Positions 59,330-64,000 of a DNA stretch of 64,000 nt are shown here, piece after piece (the first letter of the stretch is position 1; every line of letters starts with the position of its first letter). The position numbers and the translations under genes were made by a program. The stretch comes from an uncultured Nitrospiraceae bacterium (GTDB taxonomy: Bacteria; Nitrospirota; Thermodesulfovibrionia; Thermodesulfovibrionales; SM23-35). Where the stretch lies: contig CAVSHB010000002.1 in the NCBI GenBank assembly GCA_963727775.1, positions 239,428-303,427 of the forward strand. Direction: 5' to 3'. Under the pieces are notes generated by a model. It was given only the letters and a program-made list of their open reading frames with translations, was not told where the DNA came from and did not search any database.

Positions 59330-61040
59330 CTAGGAGTCTGTCGGACTTGAATTGCTGTTTTTGACAGCGGTTGGAATCCGAGAGAGTCGATTGTAGTTAT
59401 TTTTCATGATTTGATCGTCTGTCATCGGTTCTTTCCTGCCGGTGTTTTGTTGGATACATTATGCCATCGCCATTTTCAGGCGCCTACCTGGCTGTTCCTC
59501 AATGCATGCAGCCTTTTGATGTTCCATGCAATGCAGATCATATCCCACTCGCCATTGACTGCAGTAAAACCACGCAACAGGAATCGGTCAAATCCCATAG
59601 CTGCCTTGATTACCCCAAACGCCGGCTCCACAGTACTCTTGCGTATCGCATAAATTGCCTTACCGGCAACTGTCTTCAACCGATGTTTCATTCTTGTCAC
59701 TGCATCAGCATCAACCGGCAATGGAGGCGGTTCGACGAATCGCTCCCATAAAGGCTGATTATGACTCTGCCGATCTACTGCTATATATGGCTCTATTCCT
59801 TTGCTCTCACATTCTTGCACATTTGCTTCGCTGTAATACCCGCTGTCGGCTATTATAGTTTTTACTTTGCCAAGTTGTTCGGGCAGATATGTAAGCGCTT
59901 CAAGCGCTGGTTTCATCTGCTGTTTGTCATTGGATTGTTGTGTTACATGCGTTGCGACAATAAGCATTGTTTCTGTATCCACGGCTGCTTGAGCATTATA
60001 AGCCTGCTTGAATCCTCCACCCGATGCCGGCATTATGCGAGATTCTTCATCGGTCAGATTGACCTGATCTTTGTCAGTTGGCCCGGCTGCAGGCGGCTTG
60101 GGTCCTTTGCCTCGGGGTTTCTTGCCGCTCTGCTTTTGTTTGGCTACACGCTCTGCCTGTTTCTTTTCACTGTCGGCTTGTTCCATTGCATGCCGCTCTG
60201 CCGCACGGCGCTCTATCTCAGCTTTTGCTTCAGCTATCATTTTCAGCCGCTTCTCTCGCCGCTCCAGCTCTTCCGGGATGTTCATGCCGTCAGGAATGTC
60301 AGCTTTGTCAGCAGCCTCAGCTTTCTTCATCAGTTCCGCCACTTCCACTTTCAACTTATTCTCTATTTTGCATGCATGCCCGTAGCTCAACGCCTTGTGC
60401 TTTGAGGCATTGGCTTTCATTTTGGTCCCATCCAAGCTGACCGTGCCTAACTTCAATACCCCGGTTTCTGCTGCTATCATTAGTATCTGCACAAACAGTT
60501 CTTTCAGCTTAGGCAAAAACCGACGTCGAAAGGTTGCTATTGTGTCATGGTCAGGGTGACTGTTGGCTGCCACATACCGGAATGCTACAGAGTCGTACGT
60601 GCTACGCTCTAATTGCCTGCTCGAAAAGACTCCCGTCGCATATCCGTAAAATAATAATGCCACCAGCATCTCAGGGCTGTATGCCTCACTGCCTCGTCCT
60701 GCATAATCATTTTTCAACCGGTCAAGATTAAGCTGATCCACTATCTCTACGACAAATCTCGCCAAGTGACCCTCGGGCAACCATTCCTGCACCGACGGCG
60801 GAAATAAATATATCGTCTCTCTGTCACATTGTTTGAACATTATGCTGATCTCCTGTTGTTCATTCTTATGCCGCTTGTCTATTATGCCATAAGGAACGCC
60901 CATGCAGGTCTGTCGGACTTAGATAATTACAGGCCGAAAAGATTTCTGCTGCCCAGTTTGCAATAAAGGTTCTTAAGAGACTGCCGTGTCCTTCAAGAAG
61001 TAAACTTTTCAGAAATGTTGAAAGTCCGACAGACTCCTAG
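59330..61040 (-). mobile_element. IS1182/IS5-like insertion sequence, copy 3 (identical)
   Basis: Same 1711 bp and TIRs. Confidence 0.85.
59476..60903 (-). CDS. DDE transposase, IS1182 family
   Basis: Identical 475-aa product. Confidence 0.85.
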   Translation of the reverse strand: MGVPYGIIDKRHKNEQQEISIMFKQCDRETIYLFPPSVQEWLPEGHLARFVVEIVDQLNLDRLKNDYAGRGSEAYSPEMLVALLFYGYATGVFSSRQLERSTYDSVAFRYVAANSHPDHDTIATFRRRFLPKLKELFVQILMIAAETGVLKLGTVSLDGTKMKANASKHKALSYGHACKIENKLKVEVAELMKKAEAADKADIPDGMNIPEELERREKRLKMIAEAKAEIERRAAERHAMEQADSEKKQAERVAKQKQSGKKPRGKGPKPPAAGPTDKDQVNLTDEESRIMPASGGGFKQAYNAQAAVDTETMLIVATHVTQQSNDKQQMKPALEALTYLPEQLGKVKTIIADSGYYSEANVQECESKGIEPYIAVDRQSHNQPLWERFVEPPPLPVDADAVTRMKHRLKTVAGKAIYAIRKSTVEPAFGVIKAAMGFDRFLLRGFTAVNGEWDMICIAWNIKRLHALRNSQVGA

Positions 61041-61379
61041 AAAACAAAAACGTTTCTAACACCTTCTACTGGTTTATTATTGTCAAGAACTTTTTACGGA
61101 GTAACTCCCCTCTGATAGAGACAAGCCACTACTAAGGTTTCCTGGCTTCAATGGTTTCTGCTTCGTTCTTTGCCCCCAGATCCCTTGTCTCATTACGTAA
61201 TCCATTCTGCATGTTTGAGAGCCAATTCTGAAAAAGCGGCTTCGTAGAAAGCTATAGGATCGATTATCTCAGCATGACCCATATTACGGTATCCCCTGGA
61301 TTCGGCGTTTCTCTTTTTTATGCCTCCTCTTGGCTCCTTTCACTTAACCTTATATCAACCTTCTCACTTCCATCTCCAT

Positions 61380-61573
61380 TAGGAGGAAGTCACTTTAGTC
61401 TTTGGTGTAGCACCTTGCCTGACACTGGTAATTCGAGGGTCTCAACAGAGCCCTGACCTTGCTTAATCGAGACTAAGGTGCAAGCGGGGAGTTACAAGCT
61501 CCGCATGAAGGTCGGCTCAGCCGCCTTAGGTATCAGGTCGGTAATCTCCCCGCTTACACGCCAATACTATAAG
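61380..61573 (-). ncRNA. candidate IS110-family bridge RNA / seekRNA of element B (conserved core; the 3' non-coding region extends to 61069)
   Basis: Revcomp GCGGGGAGATTACCG...GGCGGCTGAGCCGACCTTC[ATGCGGAGCTTG]TAACTCCCCGC...TTAAGCAAGGT. The variable segment matches the element's own left target flank plus donor end (..TGCGGAG|CTTG..). Confidence 0.5.
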
Positions 61574-62836
61574 TTATGCAGCCTCCTGGTATTGAAGTGA
61601 GACTATAGAGAAATCTTTTTTGTATACACTTTGGTCACGCACAACAGCAAATATGATTCCAAGAAGTTTTCTTGCTACGGCGATCAGCGCCTTGGTCTTA
61701 GGCATGCCCCGCTCAAGGTACTTTTGATATTGATCGTGCATTATTCCACCTCTGCGGACTGTGTTGAGCGAGGCAAAGTACAAAAGTTTACGCAGCAGGT
61801 GACGGCCTCGCTTAGATATGCGTCGCTTCCCCTTGTATTGGCCAGAACTGATCTCATAAAGGTCCAGCCCTGCGAGCTTTAGGATCTCGGAGAGGGTTTG
61901 AAACTTCCGAAAATCACCCACTTCACCGATAAGACCGGCAGTGGTAACCTCTTTAATCCCCTTTATCGAGAGGATCGAGCCACTGTAGGGAATCTGCTTC
62001 AGATAATACCCCATTTCCTTTTCCAGATCCCCGGTAAAGGACTCAGCAGCGTCCATGGCGATAAGAAGTTCTCTTATCTCACGTATAATGCTCGTCATGC
62101 CTTCGGTTACACCTATAGAAGCTGTTGCAGCCTCATAGAGGGCCTTGGCGCGATCTTCCTTCAGCTTTCCGCGGCTGACCTTATTGATCGTTGCACTCAA
62201 ATTATCAAGACCGTACGCGACAATATCCTTGGGTGCTGGGCACTGCGCAAGGAGATATCGGGCAGTCAACGTCTTTACATCCTTCATTACCTGCAAAAAC
62301 TCAGGAAAGATAATCGCAAGCAAGCTCTGGAGCTGGTTCACCAGGGATACATAACGCTCGTTGCTCCTTTCCCTGGCCTGAGTGAGCCTCCTGAGTTTGG
62401 CCGCTGGACCTTCCGGGATCACTACAGTCAGGGCGTGGCCAAGTGCCATAATATCAGCGATAACCTTTGGGTCTTTCTGGTCGGTCTTGTTCGGCGAATT
62501 ACCCTGAAGCTCCTTAAGCCTCTTAGTGTGCATAGGGCTTACTTGTACCATGTGTACGCCTCTCGCACGCATGAAATGAACAAGAGGTTCGGCATACGGC
62601 CCGGTGGACTCGTATCCAAAAACAATATCTTCGATGTTATGGAGCTTTTTGGCATAAGATACACGATCCCAGAACTCTTGGAAACCCCTGCCGTTGTTCC
62701 AGAAGGCAAAGGGCTTCACATCGCTTCCGTCCGGACAGCGCCAGTATCCAAAATGTCTATCCTTTCCCATATCAGCTGTCACAATCATCGTTCTACCATT
62801 GACTACTTTAAACTTTTTTGTTTTACTCTTCTTCAT
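61574..62836 (-). CDS. IS110-family (DEDD) transposase, intact
   Basis: 420 aa; N-terminal RuvC-like DEDD domain; C-terminal conserved KRRISKRGRHLLRKLLY. Confidence 0.85.
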   Translation of the reverse strand: MKKSKTKKFKVVNGRTMIVTADMGKDRHFGYWRCPDGSDVKPFAFWNNGRGFQEFWDRVSYAKKLHNIEDIVFGYESTGPYAEPLVHFMRARGVHMVQVSPMHTKRLKELQGNSPNKTDQKDPKVIADIMALGHALTVVIPEGPAAKLRRLTQARERSNERYVSLVNQLQSLLAIIFPEFLQVMKDVKTLTARYLLAQCPAPKDIVAYGLDNLSATINKVSRGKLKEDRAKALYEAATASIGVTEGMTSIIREIRELLIAMDAAESFTGDLEKEMGYYLKQIPYSGSILSIKGIKEVTTAGLIGEVGDFRKFQTLSEILKLAGLDLYEISSGQYKGKRRISKRGRHLLRKLLYFASLNTVRRGGIMHDQYQKYLERGMPKTKALIAVARKLLGIIFAVVRDQSVYKKDFSIVSLQYQEAA

Positions 62837-63182
62837 GGCTATACTCCTTTCTTTGGTTTGGATTTAACCAACTCGCACATTGGTCTGAATCAAGAAAGAG
62901 TATAGCCTTCTTTAACAAGGCCTAACTCTACAACAATATAGCAAGCTCCGCAGCCGAAATGTATTGAAATTATTGCTGTATACTGGTACAAATATTGAGA
63001 TCTTAAAAGAACAGTTTTTATAAAAAGGTTTCAGGTGTTGTTTGTCTTACGGAATTGGGGTAAAGATGAGTAGCATAATATTATTAACCCATTAGGTTAA
63101 TAATATATTGAAATTAATTTAATACACGGTTATACTATTTAAAACGACAAAGCTCGAAAGAGAGTGCAATAATAAAAATCTT

Positions 63183-63413
63183 ATGTTGAAAAGATTTGGT
63201 GCACTGAGATCAAAATTTTTGAAAAGAAGACTAAATGAACTGCAAGCGGCTGCTTCACTTGATGTTTTACGATTTCTACCTCAGGCGCGGTCTCACGAAC
63301 TGAAGGGAAATAGAAAAGGACAGCTCTCTGTCGATCTTGACCATCCGTACCGGTTGATTTTCGAGCCTGCAAATAATCCGGTCGCTAAAAAGCCGGACGG
63401 TGGACTTGACTAG
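63183..63413 (+). CDS. higB: HigB-family toxin (plasmid maintenance killer protein)
   Basis: LKGNRKGQLSVDLDHPYRLIFE signature. Confidence 0.65.
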   Translation: MLKRFGALRSKFLKRRLNELQAAASLDVLRFLPQARSHELKGNRKGQLSVDLDHPYRLIFEPANNPVAKKPDGGLD

Positions 63414-63456
63414 AATAAAGTAACAAGTGTGAGGATTATTGGCGTGGAGGACACAC

Positions 63457-64000
63457 ATGAGTAAAGAAATAAAAAGTGAATTTGTACCTGATTATGCGGT
63501 GCCTCCGGGAGAGACGCTTCTTGAGACGTTGGAGACAATAGGCATGTCCCAGGCCGAGCTTGCAGAACGCACCGGTAGGCCCAAGAAGACAATTAATGAA
63601 ATCGTCAAGGGGAAGGCTGCGATTACTCCTGAAACCGCCTTGCAATTGGAAAGGGTACTCGGAGTGCCCGCAAGCTTTTGGAATAATCTGGAACGTAATT
63701 ATCAGGAAACCCTTGCGCGCATTAACGAGCAAAAGAGGCTGCAAAAACAAATTAACTGGCTTGAGAAATTTCCCATTGCTTTATTTGTCAGGAATGGATG
63801 GGTTAAGGGTTATAAAGACAAAATTCAGCAACTTAAGGCAGTCCTGAATTTTTTTGGTGTAGCTTCTCCTGGGCAATGGACACTGAGATGGCTTGACGCT
63901 CAGGTTTCATATCGAAAATCAGCAGTATTCACGAGTGATCCTTATGCCGTGGCCCCATGGCTGCGGATAGGAGAGCTCATTGCTCAAAAGACTGAATGCA
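63457..64000 (+). CDS. higA: HigA-family antitoxin with XRE-type HTH, 3'-partial (runs off window end)
   Basis: LETIGMSQAELAERTGRPKKTINEIVKGKAAITPETALQLERVLGVPASFW HTH. ATG at 63457. No stop before 64000. Confidence 0.6.
   Translation, partial: MSKEIKSEFVPDYAVPPGETLLETLETIGMSQAELAERTGRPKKTINEIVKGKAAITPETALQLERVLGVPASFWNNLERNYQETLARINEQKRLQKQINWLEKFPIALFVRNGWVKGYKDKIQQLKAVLNFFGVASPGQWTLRWLDAQVSYRKSAVFTSDPYAVAPWLRIGELIAQKTEC

Larger units (their letters stand above)
61069..62944 (-). mobile_element. IS110-family element B (about 1876 bp), inserted in a divergent copy of the 65-bp repeat
   Basis: Ends CTTGCTATATTGTTGTAG (revcomp at 62944) and ...CTTGACAATAATAAACCAG (revcomp at 61069), colinear with element A ends. 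Confidence 0.65.

Overview
This 64-kb window is a mosaic, mobile-element-rich accessory region. PAS/GGDEF/EAL signalling, a UGA-containing thioredoxin-fold protein and a His-Xaa-Ser system suggest an anaerobic deltaproteobacterium-like (Desulfobacterota-type) host, though that placement is an inference.

Mobile elements I can support from the sequence:
- Three identical 1711-bp IS1182/IS5-like elements (6441-8151, 42603-44313, 59330-61040) with a perfect 19-bp terminal inverted repeat, CTAGGAGTCTGTCGGACTT.
- Two different IS1380-like elements. One (25403-27036) sits between two gene modules. The other (33972-35592, TTAA target duplication) is nested inside an IS110-family transposase gene.
- Two related IS110-family elements (33407-36636 and 61069-62944), each carrying a conserved structured 3' non-coding region.
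- One IS21-like element (20451-23289; istA and istB; 5-bp TAAGG target duplication). It disrupts the first of two tandem, overlapping tyrosine recombinase genes (19773-24549).

The main non-IS structure lies between about 25.3 and 47.4 kb, directly downstream of the recombinase pair. At least 15 copies of a conserved ~60-65-bp element (consensus GGTTGTACTnaGCACAATTATATCAGGTTTC-N8-10-GGTTTCAGGAAGGAAGCTTGC) separate mostly single-gene modules on the minus strand. These genes include a retropepsin-like protease, a DUF1570-like metalloprotease, a flotillin, a DUF2892 membrane protein, a hemerythrin, a transglutaminase-like protein, a TPR protein, a diacylglycerol-kinase-family lipid kinase, HU, and a thioredoxin-fold candidate selenoprotein with a UxxC motif. 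Each copy carries an extended -10 promoter (TGATATAAT) that faces the adjacent downstream gene. Both IS110 elements are inserted at the same position of this element (...CAG|GAAGG...). In each IS110 element, the variable loop of the 3' non-coding RNA matches that element's own target flank. This is the signature expected for a bridge-RNA or seekRNA guide.

Other content: a His-Xaa-Ser (HxsA plus radical-SAM) system at the left edge, four type II toxin-antitoxin pairs, a serine recombinase, a PAS-GGDEF-EAL response regulator / CheY / hybrid histidine kinase operon, an M1-aminopeptidase-ChaN-PDZ fusion lipoprotein, and REP-like palindromic elements around a flavoprotein-maf locus. There is also a frameshifted tex gene and an AT-rich islet that ends in a tRNA 3' fragment.
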